Shown here in pieces: positions 1-8,739 of a DNA stretch of 32,000 nt (position 1 is the stretch's first letter; each line of letters begins with the position of its first letter). Origin of the DNA: Okeania sp. (GTDB lineage: Bacteria > Cyanobacteriota > Cyanobacteriia > Cyanobacteriales > Microcoleaceae); the NCBI RefSeq assembly GCF_035285525.1, contig NZ_JAYKGW010000257.1, forward strand, positions 1 through 32,000, given 5' to 3'. The position numbers were made by a program, and so were the translations under genes. The notes under the pieces are model-generated. The model had not been told where the DNA came from and made no database searches. It saw only the letters and a program-made list of their open reading frames with translations.

Positions 1-475
1 ATGTTTGGCAAATTTATCCTCAGATTTTTCCTGTAGTTGAAAATTCATATGGTGTTCCTTAATTATATTACTAATATTTGATTTTGGGGTGGGGAGACCA
101 AACTCCTACAATTTTTTTTCATAATAAAGAAAATTCATATGGTGTTCCTTAATTATATTACTAATATTTGATTTTGGGGGTGGGGAGACCAAACTCCTAC
201 AATTTTTTTTCATAATAAAGAAAATTCATATGGTGTTCTTTAATTATATTACTAATATTTGATTTTGGGGTGGGGAGACCAAACTCCTACAATTTTTTCA
301 TAATAAAGATTGGCAAGTTTTACATCAAAAATTCAGACATTTGATGAGAAATGTTTGGCAAATTTATCCTCAGATTTTTCCTGTAGTTGAAAATTCATAT
401 GGTGTTCTTTAATTATATTACTAATATTTGATTTTGGGGTGGGGAGACCAAACTCCTACAATTTTTTTTCATAAT
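1..475. repeat. Composite direct-repeat array. Three tandem ~90-bp units (39-128, 129-219, 220-308) plus a fourth unit (389-475). Positions 1-125 recur almost exactly at 351-475.
   Basis: Read directly. The unit GAAAATTCATATGGTGTTCCTTAATTATATTACTAATATTTGATTTTGGGGTGGGGAGACCAAACTCCTACAATTTTTTTCATAATAAA recurs with 1-3 mismatches. The leader ATGTTTGGCAAATTTATCCTCAGATTTTTCCTGTAGTT occurs at 1-38 and 351-388. The array may continue left of the window. Confidence 0.9.
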
Positions 476-557
476 TTAGTATAATATTAAAAATTACAGT
501 TTCTTAAAAATCAAATTTTCATATATAGCAATCCTCAATAGATTGTAAGATTTTATG

Positions 558-624
558 GTAGGGGTTTGGTTTCCTTTACCCAAATGTAAAGGGATTTGGA
601 GACCAAACACCTACAATTTTTTTT
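558..624 (+). terminator. Terminator-like long hairpin followed by T8. It belongs to the GGAGACCAAAC-CCTAC repeat family.
   Basis: Left arm GTAGGGGTTTGGTTTCC (558-574) pairs with right arm GGAGACCAAACACCTAC (598-614) at 15 of 17 positions. The loop holds a nested CCTTTA/TAAAGG stem. TTTTTTTT follows at 617-624. The right arm plus T-run is the same sequence that ends each 90-bp unit at 1-475. Confidence 0.4.
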
Positions 625-698
625 CACACATCATTGCTGATAGCTATAATATTATTAAAGTTTCTGGAAAATCAAATTTTCATATATCTCTAAATAAA

Positions 699-2177
699 AT
701 GCTTACTCAAGACAAACAACAAACAAAACACGACTGGAAACAAATTGCGAAACAATTTGAAAAAATTGTTGGTAAAAAAGGTGTAATTCAACGTAAAGAA
801 GAATTATTAGTCTATGAATGTGATGGTCTATCTTGTTATCGTCAAAGACCTGCATTAGTAATATTACCCCGCACCACTGAACAAGTTTCAGAAGCAGTAA
901 AAATATGTCATCAACTTAATATTCCTTGGTTGCCTAGAGGTGCAGGAACAGGTCTTTCTGGTGGTGCATTACCAATCGAAAATTGCGTTTTAATTGTCAC
1001 TTCATTAATGCAAAAAATCCTGAAAATAGATTTAGAAAATCAACAGGTTATTGTGCAACCAGGAATTATTAATAATTGGGTGACACAAGCAGTTAGTGGA
1101 GCTGGTTTCTATTACGCTCCTGACCCTTCTAGTCAAATTATTTGTTCTATTGGTGGGAATATTGCTGAAAATTCTGGAGGTGTTCATTGTCTCAAATATG
1201 GAGTAACAACTAACCATGTTTTAGGATTAAAAATAGTTACTCCTGAAGGTGAGATAGTTGATATTGGTGGTTTAACTTCAGAGATGCCTGGTTATGATTT
1301 AACAGGTTTATTTGTAGGTTCGGAAGGTACTTTGGGAATAGCTACAGAAATTACTCTCAGAATTATTAAATCTCCTGAGTCAGTTTGTGTACTTTTAGCC
1401 GGATTTCCTAGTATTGAAAAGACTGGGCAAACGGTGTCTGATATTATTAGCGCTGGCATAATTCCTGCTGGGATGGAAATTATGGATAATTTTAGTATTA
1501 ATGCTGTAGAAGATGTAGTTAAGACTGGTTTATATCCTCGGAATGCAGCAGCTATTTTGTTAATAGAATTAGATGGTTCACAATTAGAAGTTGATGTTAA
1601 TAAACAGCGAGTTAAAGAAATATGTGAACGGAATGAAGCTATAGAAATTACGACTGCTAATGAACCAGAAAAGCGGATGAAATTATGGAAAGGGCGAAAG
1701 GCTACTTTTGCTGCTGCTGGTAATATTAGTAAAAATTATTTTGTACAGGATGGCGTCATACCTCGTACAAAAATGGCTTATGTTTTGAGTGAAATTGAGG
1801 CAATAAGTCAGAAACATGGTTATCGGATTGCCAATGTATTTCATGCAGGAGATGGGAATCTTCATCCTTTAATTTTATATAATGATTCTGTTGCAGGAGA
1901 TTTGGAAAAAGTGGAAGAAATAGGGGGAGAAATTCTCAAATTATGTGTAGAGGTTGGTGGTAGTTTATCTGGAGAACATGGTATTGGTTCAGATAAAAAA
2001 TGTTATATGTCTTTGATGTTTAATGAGACAGATTTGGAGACTATGCAATGGGTAAAAAGTGTTTTTAATCCTAAAGGTTTAGCTAATCCTGAAAAAATAT
2101 TTCCGATGCCTCGAACTTGTGGAGAATCTGCTAATGTTCAGAAGATTAAACAGTTTGAAGGAGCTGAAGTTTTTTAG
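699..2177 (+). CDS. glcD: FAD-linked glycolate oxidase/dehydrogenase subunit GlcD (492 aa from the ATG at 699)
   Basis: The translation has the FAD-binding PCMH-type region (PRGAGTGLSGGALP, GGNIAENSGG) and the C-terminal GSLSGEHGIG motif typical of GlcD/D-lactate dehydrogenase family enzymes. The ORF-track start at 555 reads through the hairpin repeat at 558-624, so the in-frame ATG at 699 (MLTQDKQQ) is preferred. Confidence 0.85.
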   Translation: MLTQDKQQTKHDWKQIAKQFEKIVGKKGVIQRKEELLVYECDGLSCYRQRPALVILPRTTEQVSEAVKICHQLNIPWLPRGAGTGLSGGALPIENCVLIVTSLMQKILKIDLENQQVIVQPGIINNWVTQAVSGAGFYYAPDPSSQIICSIGGNIAENSGGVHCLKYGVTTNHVLGLKIVTPEGEIVDIGGLTSEMPGYDLTGLFVGSEGTLGIATEITLRIIKSPESVCVLLAGFPSIEKTGQTVSDIISAGIIPAGMEIMDNFSINAVEDVVKTGLYPRNAAAILLIELDGSQLEVDVNKQRVKEICERNEAIEITTANEPEKRMKLWKGRKATFAAAGNISKNYFVQDGVIPRTKMAYVLSEIEAISQKHGYRIANVFHAGDGNLHPLILYNDSVAGDLEKVEEIGGEILKLCVEVGGSLSGEHGIGSDKKCYMSLMFNETDLETMQWVKSVFNPKGLANPEKIFPMPRTCGESANVQKIKQFEGAEVF

Positions 2178-2231
2178 TAAGTATTCAGCCTTTAGCCATC
2201 AACTATAATAAATAGGTTGTAACATTTTATA

Positions 2232-2299
2232 GTAGGGGTTTGGTTTCCAAATCTCATTTGCGTTTGGGTTTGGAGACCAAACCCCTACAGCTTTTTCTC
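2232..2299 (+). terminator. Candidate intrinsic terminator of glcD, a second copy of the GTAGGGGTTTGGTTTCC/GGAGACCAAACCCCTAC hairpin
   Basis: Arms at 2232-2248 and 2272-2288 are complementary at 16 of 17 positions. AGCTTTTTCTC follows. The element sits 55 bp after the glcD stop codon. Confidence 0.5.
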
Positions 2300-2458
2300 A
2301 CAAATTATCTCTTATAGGTATAGCAATCCCTGTATAGGTTGCGACAAATCAAAAAGTAGATAAAAAAACTGATTTATCGGGAACTGTAACTCTTACCTGT
2401 TCCCTGTTCCCTAAAAGCAGTAGGATTTTTATACACAAATAAAATAGAGTTGCTATAT

Positions 2459-3124
2459 ATGATTTTAAATAATGCTCAAACATTAGAAGCAATAATGCCT
2501 GATGCTACTCAGTTAGAAAGTGATGAACCAGAAATGGAAAGTTCCTTACATTATTTTCAGTTATTACTATTAGTTAGTTCCCTATAATGGTACTGGCGTG
2601 ATACTTCTAATTACTTTATCGGTGCTAACTTAACTATTTATTTCAGTCGCCAACAACTGAAAAATAAAGAATTTCGCAGACCAGATTTTTTCTTAGTTAA
2701 AAACACCGAAAAAAAACCACGCAGCTCTTGGGTAGTGTGGGAAGAAGACGGTAAATATCCTAATTTAATTATTGAATTATTGTCTAAAGATACTGCTAGT
2801 GTAGACTGTAATTTGAAAAAAGAACTGTATCAAGACCGTTTCCGTACTCCGGAATATTTCTGGTTTTATCCACAGATCTTAGAATTTGCAGGTTTTCGGT
2901 TAGTGGGAGATAAATATCAGCCTATTCCAGTTGATGAGGAAGGTAAAAGATGGAGCGAACAATTAGGATTATATTTGGGAGTTTATCAGGAGCAGTTACG
3001 TTATTTTACTGCGGAAGGACAGTTAGTGGCTAGGCCCGAAGAGGATGCTTTGCGGGCGATGGCTGATGCGGAAAAAATGGCTGCCAAGTTACGTTCCCTT
3101 GGTATCGATCCAGATACAGATTAA
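2459..3124 (+). pseudogene. Uma2-family (DUF820) putative endonuclease interrupted by one in-frame TAA at 2585-2587
   Basis: The ATG at 2459 opens MILNNAQTLEAIMPDATQLESDEPEMESSLHYFQLLLLVSSL, then a stop. The same frame continues WYWRDTSNYFIGANLTIYFSRQQLKNKEFRRPDFFLVKNTEKKPRSSWVVWEEDGKYPNLIIELLS... into the tracked ORF 2735-3124 (2735-2459 = 276, a multiple of 3). The sequence on both sides of the stop looks like typical cyanobacterial Uma2 proteins. Confidence 0.8.
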
Positions 3125-3137
3125 TTTTAATATCATC

Positions 3138-3226
3138 AGGACTTACAGACGGATACTAAATCTAGTGAGGGCGAATGCCATTCACCCCTACATCTGGAGT
3201 TTTCCCGGTAAATTTGTGTAAGTCCT
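3138..3226. mobile_element. MITE-like element with AGGACTTACA ... TGTAAGTCCT terminal inverted repeats
   Basis: AGGACTTACAGAC at 3138 and GTGTAAGTCCT ending at 3226 are inverted copies. The termini match the family found at 10 other sites in the window. Confidence 0.6.
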
Positions 3227-3294
3227 AATCATGTTTGGATAAACTGTATAAGGTTTTAACCTTATTTTTTATTTTCTTCTGAAGTCCTGCTAAA

Positions 3295-4140
3295 TTATTT
3301 CTCCTCTTGCTTTAACCAATGGTATAATCTTTCTTTTTCTGAAACAGGTACACCAAGATAAAATTCACACGCATAAAACCCTTCATCTTCAAAACCAACT
3401 GTATCAATATTCCTTTGATGCAGAGATGCAATAGTGTTTTCTTGTTCCAAGGCACTGGCAAACTTCCGCCCTTTCTTAAACGGAACACTGCTTTTGAGTA
3501 AGGTATAATTATAATCTTGAAACACCTTTTCAATTTTAGAAGAGTAAAATGCTCGATAGACAACAAAAGCAAATAACGGAGACAAAGAGTTCTGAGATAT
3601 AATAGGAAATATTTGACGAAAGAAATATTCACCAATGTATCCAAGAGAACCTGTCGCAATAAATAGATCGGTTGTTTCAATAATTTGTTTCAAGTCTTCC
3701 GGTAATGGTTCATGTCTCATATCAAAACAATAGGCTTTTTCACATACCTGAACTCGCTCTGAAAAATCCATTGCAGGTTGGGAACTATCTGATAGATAAA
3801 ATTTATATTCTGTATGACGGATATCTTGATGCTGATAGAATCTTTCTATTTCTTCCCATGTTCGTTTTTGAGAGTTATCGTTCTCGATGAAAAAGTCAAT
3901 GAGTTCAGCCATAGTTAAATCATGGAGTAAAAGTGTAGAAATAATGCCATAAGATGCACCAATATCAACAATGTTTATAGGAAGTTGTCGTTTGCCATAT
4001 AACATTTTTAACAGAGGGCGAAGATATTGGATACCATAATCAGGTACTCCATATTCTTGTTGAGATACTATCTCTAAATATGATGCTGGGGTTGCTTGAA
4101 CGTAAACGTTTGACCAATCAGCTTTTTTGCCAATATCCAT
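3295..4140 (-). CDS. Putative class I SAM-dependent methyltransferase (281 aa)
   Basis: Motif-I-like IVDIGASYG is followed by an acidic strand end (YLSDSS) and DLFIATGSLGYI, which is the usual Rossmann methyltransferase order. ATG start at 4140. The match is weak and no database search was done. Confidence 0.45.
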   Translation of the reverse strand: MDIGKKADWSNVYVQATPASYLEIVSQQEYGVPDYGIQYLRPLLKMLYGKRQLPINIVDIGASYGIISTLLLHDLTMAELIDFFIENDNSQKRTWEEIERFYQHQDIRHTEYKFYLSDSSQPAMDFSERVQVCEKAYCFDMRHEPLPEDLKQIIETTDLFIATGSLGYIGEYFFRQIFPIISQNSLSPLFAFVVYRAFYSSKIEKVFQDYNYTLLKSSVPFKKGRKFASALEQENTIASLHQRNIDTVGFEDEGFYACEFYLGVPVSEKERLYHWLKQEEK

Positions 4141-4254
4141 GATGATTGTCCTTTGTATATATCAAATAAGCAAGTCAGTTTACATAGAGAGACAAAAGTT
4201 TGCGATTTCATACAAATGCAATGTCTTTGTTTGATTCTATGGGATAAAAAATGC

Positions 4255-5508
4255 TTATGGCCGTAATGTCATAAAAGGTCTTGATAGGCTTTCCAAGTGG
4301 ATGCCATTCTTAAGAGCTAATATTATACCAGTTGCTTCCGCATAACTATGAACCTCAATAACATTACTTAATTGGAGTTGAGATTGAGAAACATCTAAAA
4401 TAGTATGGTTCTCTCGCACAGCGATAACGGGTATGTTATATTTTTCTGCCTGTAAAATAGGTACACCTCCCAAAGAGGTTGCAGGCATGACAATAGCTAA
4501 CAGATTATTGAGATTGATAACATCAGCTATGCGGGTGTTGGGTTTTACTTTTATTTGTGGCGCTTTTTGTAAGCCAACCAATATACAGGCTAAACCACTT
4601 GCAGAAGCCATCTCTCCTGCTCCTCTTGCATCAACGATATTATGTGCCAAATCTAAATCTTTGATATTCAGCAAGGGGCCGTGAGCGACAGGGATTTGGA
4701 ATTTTTTCATCATCAGGTGTGACATAATAGCTTCAACGCCACCAACAGGATTAGGACATTCACCTCGGAAATGCTGGGCATACATTTCAGAAGGTAAATC
4801 TTGAACATTGGTTGTGATAGCTATAGCATTAGCTCCTTTTTTAATCAGTTCTTGGCCAGCATTAAATAATACATTAGGATTATCCACAGTACCGACAAAG
4901 GCTCCTACTTCATTTTGAATGCAGCGACTGTAAATCGGTTCATCTGTAATCACAGGCTCTAAAATATTAACACCATATATAGCTCTGACGGCATTAATCA
5001 CATTAAACAGAATTTCAATTTTCCAATCCTCTGATTTTTCAATAATTAGTCCAACATTATTGGCATAGGGAAGATGAAAATTGACAGCACCCTGACAAAA
5101 TAAGTCAATAGAATGCCCTTCTGCATAAACAACATTATTCTTTAAGTTAATAAAGTTGGAGGCATTCACCGTATTGGGATTAGTAATTAAATAATCAACG
5201 GTAGAGGCTAACAAATTTGCTGTTGGCGTGGCATCACCAGCATACCCTCCAATACTACAACCAATACCTGTGGGAACAATGTTTACCACGACAGTTTTTC
5301 CAGGATAATACTGTCCCTCTACAGACTCACCCATTTCTGGAAACTCTTCAGAGTACAATGTAGCTTCGATCATCATGTAGTCTGATGTAATTTGGCTGAT
5401 ATACCAGCGAATAGCATTTTTGTCAACTACTTGTTTGACAACATCAATCAATGAATTGTCTGGTGATATTTCCGATCTTTTGATCCGATATTGTTTATTC
5501 TCAATCAT
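4255..5508 (-). CDS. DUF3326-like protein with a ~70-aa N-terminal extension (417 aa)
   Basis: The core VVNIVPTGIGCSIGGYAGDATPTANLLASTVDYLITNPNTVNAS resembles, from memory, the IPTGIGAxIGGYAGDA signature of DUF3326 proteins found in cyanobacteria and plants. ATG at 5508. Confidence 0.55.
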   Translation of the reverse strand: MIENKQYRIKRSEISPDNSLIDVVKQVVDKNAIRWYISQITSDYMMIEATLYSEEFPEMGESVEGQYYPGKTVVVNIVPTGIGCSIGGYAGDATPTANLLASTVDYLITNPNTVNASNFINLKNNVVYAEGHSIDLFCQGAVNFHLPYANNVGLIIEKSEDWKIEILFNVINAVRAIYGVNILEPVITDEPIYSRCIQNEVGAFVGTVDNPNVLFNAGQELIKKGANAIAITTNVQDLPSEMYAQHFRGECPNPVGGVEAIMSHLMMKKFQIPVAHGPLLNIKDLDLAHNIVDARGAGEMASASGLACILVGLQKAPQIKVKPNTRIADVINLNNLLAIVMPATSLGGVPILQAEKYNIPVIAVRENHTILDVSQSQLQLSNVIEVHSYAEATGIILALKNGIHLESLSRPFMTLRP

Positions 5509-5552
5509 TCACAAATAATCCCTGTAATAAATTGGCAAAAAACGAAACCAAA

Positions 5553-6326
5553 TTATACTATCATACGATACTGATATAGCTTCTCATAAAAAGGTAGGCA
5601 TTCTTCAAAAATAGGCGTTAAATGCTCAGGCAAGGTTATTTCCTGCTCAGTAAAAGGAAGAAATCCACTAGAATTGATAATTGTCTTGTACCAGGTTTTT
5701 GCCCATACAGGATCTGTATCTCTGATTCCAGGCTGCCACGTTAACATTTTATCGGAATAAGATATGCCAAATTGATTACATAATGCGTGTAAAACCTGGG
5801 CTGGATTTTTGATTACGTCAGTTGAATCAATAACAACTGGCGTTTTTTCAGTTCGTTCCTGAATGAAAATGAAAAGATTATACAAATCTTCTATGCCAAT
5901 TTCATGCAAGGTGAAACTTTTCGGATAGTTGTATATTTTTTGTCTAGAAGCGATAATCTCACGAGGATGTCTGATTAAGAAAAAATTATCTAAACACAGT
6001 AACCAGTTTAAATCTCCATTCTGGGGCAGATTGTTGGCCGTATGTTTTTGAAATGAAAAAGAGTACCCTTGAGGTAAATCGCTAGTGATTTTTGATATAA
6101 CCTTTTCATAATTTGTTTCATACAGTTCAATCATTTCTGATCTATGGGGATGATCGCCCCCTTGTGTTGCCAGATATGGAGGATAAAATGGCTCGTCGAA
6201 AATTACACACCCATCCAATTGTTGAAAAGCTCGTGTCATAAGCGTTGAACGACTCCTCGCACAAGTCCACATCGCAATATGCTTATTGGTTGTCATATAG
6301 CTTCTATTATGTATGGTATGTTTCAT
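5553..6326 (-). CDS. Sulfotransferase-like (P-loop-like) family protein (257 aa)
   Basis: The N-terminus MWTCARSRSTLMTRAFQQLDGCVIFDEPFYPPYL resembles the WSGPRNxSTAxMRSF...DEPFYAAYL family usually annotated as sulfotransferase family. Later motifs LIRHPREIIAS and VIDSTDVIKNP fit the same family. The start could be the ATG at 6326 or the in-frame M11 at 6296. Confidence 0.5.
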   Translation of the reverse strand: MKHTIHNRSYMTTNKHIAMWTCARSRSTLMTRAFQQLDGCVIFDEPFYPPYLATQGGDHPHRSEMIELYETNYEKVISKITSDLPQGYSFSFQKHTANNLPQNGDLNWLLCLDNFFLIRHPREIIASRQKIYNYPKSFTLHEIGIEDLYNLFIFIQERTEKTPVVIDSTDVIKNPAQVLHALCNQFGISYSDKMLTWQPGIRDTDPVWAKTWYKTIINSSGFLPFTEQEITLPEHLTPIFEECLPFYEKLYQYRMIV

Positions 6327-6460
6327 AAGTTATAGAGTTTTTCTATACACAAGGATTGCATTTTTTGGTCATGGGGTCAACCCACAGTCAAATTCCTACC
6401 AGTGTTTTTATCAGAACATCTGGGTCTAATATCAAATCTGGTAATATCAATGTAAAAACA

Positions 6461-6512
6461 GTGTGGGAAGGGTTGGGAGTGTGGGAGGTGTGGGAAGTTT
6501 GGGAAGATTTGG
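6461..6512. repeat. Short tandem repeat of GTGGGA(A/G)G-type units
   Basis: GTGTGGGAAGGGTTGGGAGTGTGGGAGGTGTGGGAAGTTTGGGAAGATTTGG was read directly. It produces the WEGLGVWEVWEVWED stretch in the spurious ORF 6356-6751. Confidence 0.7.
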
Positions 6513-6611
6513 TAATGGTTGAAAATAGAACATTTTTTTATACCGAATTAAGCGGATTTGATATAAAATCAATGTTAATCCCTCAAGGCACGGATATTTG
6601 CTTAGCATTTC

Positions 6612-6760
6612 AGGACTTACGCAAAGGCACTATATATATAGCCTGTTGGTGCGTTGTGCGTTGTGCGCTTTTGATGTCGCGTAGCGTTTCGGCGCTTGAG
6701 CCGACATATCAAGCGGAGCTTTGCGGAACGCAAAACACACCCTACAAATAGCTTTTAAGT
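6612..6760. mobile_element. MITE of the AGGACTTACGCA family with a long core and a degenerate right end
   Basis: It starts AGGACTTACGCAAAGGCACTATATATATAGCC. The core CATGTCGCGTAGCG...GCGGAGCTTTGCGGAACGCAAAACACACCCTA matches the copy at 14467-14598. The right terminal repeat is eroded. Confidence 0.6.
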
Positions 6761-6868
6761 ATTTTATTTAGATCAAATTAACCATTAGGTTAGAGTCTAA
6801 GTTATTCTAGATTAAAGACTCAAACGTTGAAGTTAGAGTCTACTGATAACTGATCACTGATAACTGAA

Positions 6869-7954
6869 ATGTCCTTAACCCTACTTAGTCCCTTTAAGAT
6901 GGGAGATTTAACTCTAAAAAACCGAGTAGTTATGCCTCCCCTAACTCGGTCTCGTGCTGGAGTAGAAAGAATGCCCAACTCTATGATGGCAGAATACTAC
7001 GCTCAACGAGCAGGTACAGGTTTGATTATTTCTGAAGCTACTGTCATTTCTAAACAGGGTATTGGTTGGGTTAACACCCCTGGTATCTACTCAGATGAAC
7101 AGACTCAAGCTTGGCAGCAAGTTATAGATGCAGTTCATGCTAAAGGAACTCCTATGTTTCTGCAACTTTGGCACTGTGGACGAGCTTCCCATAGCAGCTT
7201 TCAGGAAAATGGTCAACTTCCGGTATCTGCTTCTGCGGTTATCTTAAATGAAGAATATATTCATACTCCTATTGGGAAACAACCTTATGAAACACCCCGC
7301 GCTCTAGAAATAGAAGAAATTCCAGGAGTTGTAGAAGATTATCGTCAGGCTGCCATTAGAGCAAAAGCTGCTGGTTTTGATGGAGTAGAAATTCATGGTG
7401 GTAATGGTTATTTGATTGACCAATTTTTACAATCAAAGACTAATCATCGGAGCGATCGCTACGGAGGTAGTATAGAAAATAGATTTCAATTTCTCAAAGA
7501 AATTGTTGAAGCTATTTTAACTGTATGGCCGTCTCATCGAGTCGGAGTTAGAATTTCCCCTAATGGTGTTTTTAATGATATGGGTTCTCCAGATTTTCGC
7601 GAAAATTTTCTGTACGTTGCCAAACAGTTAAACAATTACGGACTAGCTTATCTTCATGTTATGGATGGTTTAGCATTTGGTTTTCACGAGTTAGGAGAAC
7701 CAATGAATTTAGCAGAGTTTCGTGAAGTGTTTTCTCAAGCATTGATCGGAAATTGTGGTTATGAAAAAGAAACTGCTGAAGTTGCTATTAAGTCAGGAAA
7801 TGCAGATTTAATTTCTTTTGGTAGACTTCATATTAGTAATCCTGATTTAGCAGAACGTTTTGCTAATAATTGGCCGCTAAATCCGATGGCTGATATGAAA
7901 GTTTGGTATTCATTTGATTCAGAAGGATATACTGATTTTCCTACTTATCAATAA
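6869..7954 (+). CDS. Old Yellow Enzyme family NAD(P)H:flavin oxidoreductase / alkene reductase (361 aa)
   Basis: The N-terminus FKMGDLTLKNRVVMPPLTRSRA, plus LWHCGRASH, GFDGVEIHGGNGYLIDQFL and RSDRYGGSIENR, are classic OYE/NemA-type motifs. Confidence 0.85.
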   Translation: MSLTLLSPFKMGDLTLKNRVVMPPLTRSRAGVERMPNSMMAEYYAQRAGTGLIISEATVISKQGIGWVNTPGIYSDEQTQAWQQVIDAVHAKGTPMFLQLWHCGRASHSSFQENGQLPVSASAVILNEEYIHTPIGKQPYETPRALEIEEIPGVVEDYRQAAIRAKAAGFDGVEIHGGNGYLIDQFLQSKTNHRSDRYGGSIENRFQFLKEIVEAILTVWPSHRVGVRISPNGVFNDMGSPDFRENFLYVAKQLNNYGLAYLHVMDGLAFGFHELGEPMNLAEFREVFSQALIGNCGYEKETAEVAIKSGNADLISFGRLHISNPDLAERFANNWPLNPMADMKVWYSFDSEGYTDFPTYQ

Positions 7955-8045
7955 GTAGTGAACAGGGAATAGTTTAGCTCTATTTTTCCCGTTTGGTAGT
8001 GAACAAAAATTTAGTATTTTTTTTGATACTTTGAGTTTCTATATC

Positions 8046-8075
8046 TTGACAAAAACTAACTTGATGGGAGATAAT
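8046..8075 (+). promoter_or_regulatory. Candidate sigma70-type promoter of rplU-rpmA (TTGACA, 18 nt, GATAAT)
   Basis: TTGACA at 8046-8051 and GATAAT at 8070-8075 lie about 160 nt upstream of the rplU ATG. This is a sequence match only. Confidence 0.3.
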
Positions 8076-8232
8076 AGTAAATTGCGTGTCTAAACCCTGC
8101 TCGGACCAGGTTCAGACATAGTAAAAGCTGGTCAAAAAGAAAGACATTTGTCTATCTCAAGTAACAAAATGACCACTCAAGGTATGAGTTTCAGAACCAG
8201 CTACCTGTACGGCAACCCCATAAAACAAATTA

Positions 8233-8739
8233 ATGAGTTACGCAATTATTGAAACTGGTGGAAAACAATTAAGGGTGGAACCAGGTCGTTTTTATGACAT
8301 CGACCTTCTATCCGCAGCAGAGGGAGAACAAATTTCCCTTGATAATGTGCTTCTAATTCAAAATGATGATGATGTTCATATTGGTCAACCTCTTGTAGAA
8401 GGTGCCCTTGTGAAAGGAACTGTGATGAGACACTTGCGGGGCAAAAAGATTATTGTCTACAAGATGCGACCTAAAAAGAAGACTCGTAAAAAAAGAGGAC
8501 ATCGCCAAGAACTTACCCGTCTAATGATTGACTCCATAAGTCTCAATGGCGCAATATTAGTAGGGGAAGAAAAATCTCCAGCAGCAGAATCTCAAAGTTC
8601 TGGGGTGGAAGTAGCTCCAGAAACGACTGAGACAGTTGCTGAAACTACAGATGTTGGAGAAACTGTTGGAACTCAAACTTCAGGGACTACCGCAGCAGTT
8701 GAAACTGGAGCTGAAGAGCAATCAGAAAATCAGGGATAA
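8233..8739 (+). CDS. rplU: 50S ribosomal protein L21 with a ~60-aa acidic, Thr-rich C-terminal extension (168 aa)
   Basis: [24 protein letters not shown]...[26 protein letters not shown] is canonical L21. Residues from about 106 to 168 ([57 protein letters not shown]) are low-complexity. Confidence 0.9.
   Translation: MSYAIIETGGKQLRVEPGRFYDIDLLSAAEGEQISLDNVLLIQNDDDVHIGQPLVEGALVKGTVMRHLRGKKIIVYKMRPKKKTRKKRGHRQELTRLMIDSISLNGAILVGEEKSPAAESQSSGVEVAPETTETVAETTDVGETVGTQTSGTTAAVETGAEEQSENQG

Noticed and set aside
1-475. A possible CRISPR array at the tandem repeats, and a second possible one at the MITE array 26356-26857.
   Set aside because: The units are about 90 bp and directly abutting, with no unique spacers of regular size. 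The MITE copies differ in length (89-160 bp) and orientation. No cas genes are present.
555-698. A 48-codon N-terminal extension of the glcD ORF.
   Set aside because: The extension is the translation of the hairpin repeat and T-run at 558-624. GlcD-like sequence begins only at the ATG at 699.
1032-1865. Short ORFs antisense to glcD (1032-1217 and 1683-1865). There are similar ones antisense to the DUF3326-like gene (4433-4684), holA (12770-12982) and clpC (30196-30402, 31303-31659). Short ORFs at 3312-3680 and 3705-3890 overlap the methyltransferase-like gene.
   Set aside because: They lie fully inside longer ORFs with clear family signatures on the opposite strand or in another frame. They have no motifs of their own.
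6356-6751. A 131-aa plus-strand ORF.
   Set aside because: It is composed of the GTGGGAAG short tandem repeat (WEVWEVWE) and a MITE (6612-6760). It has no protein-like features.
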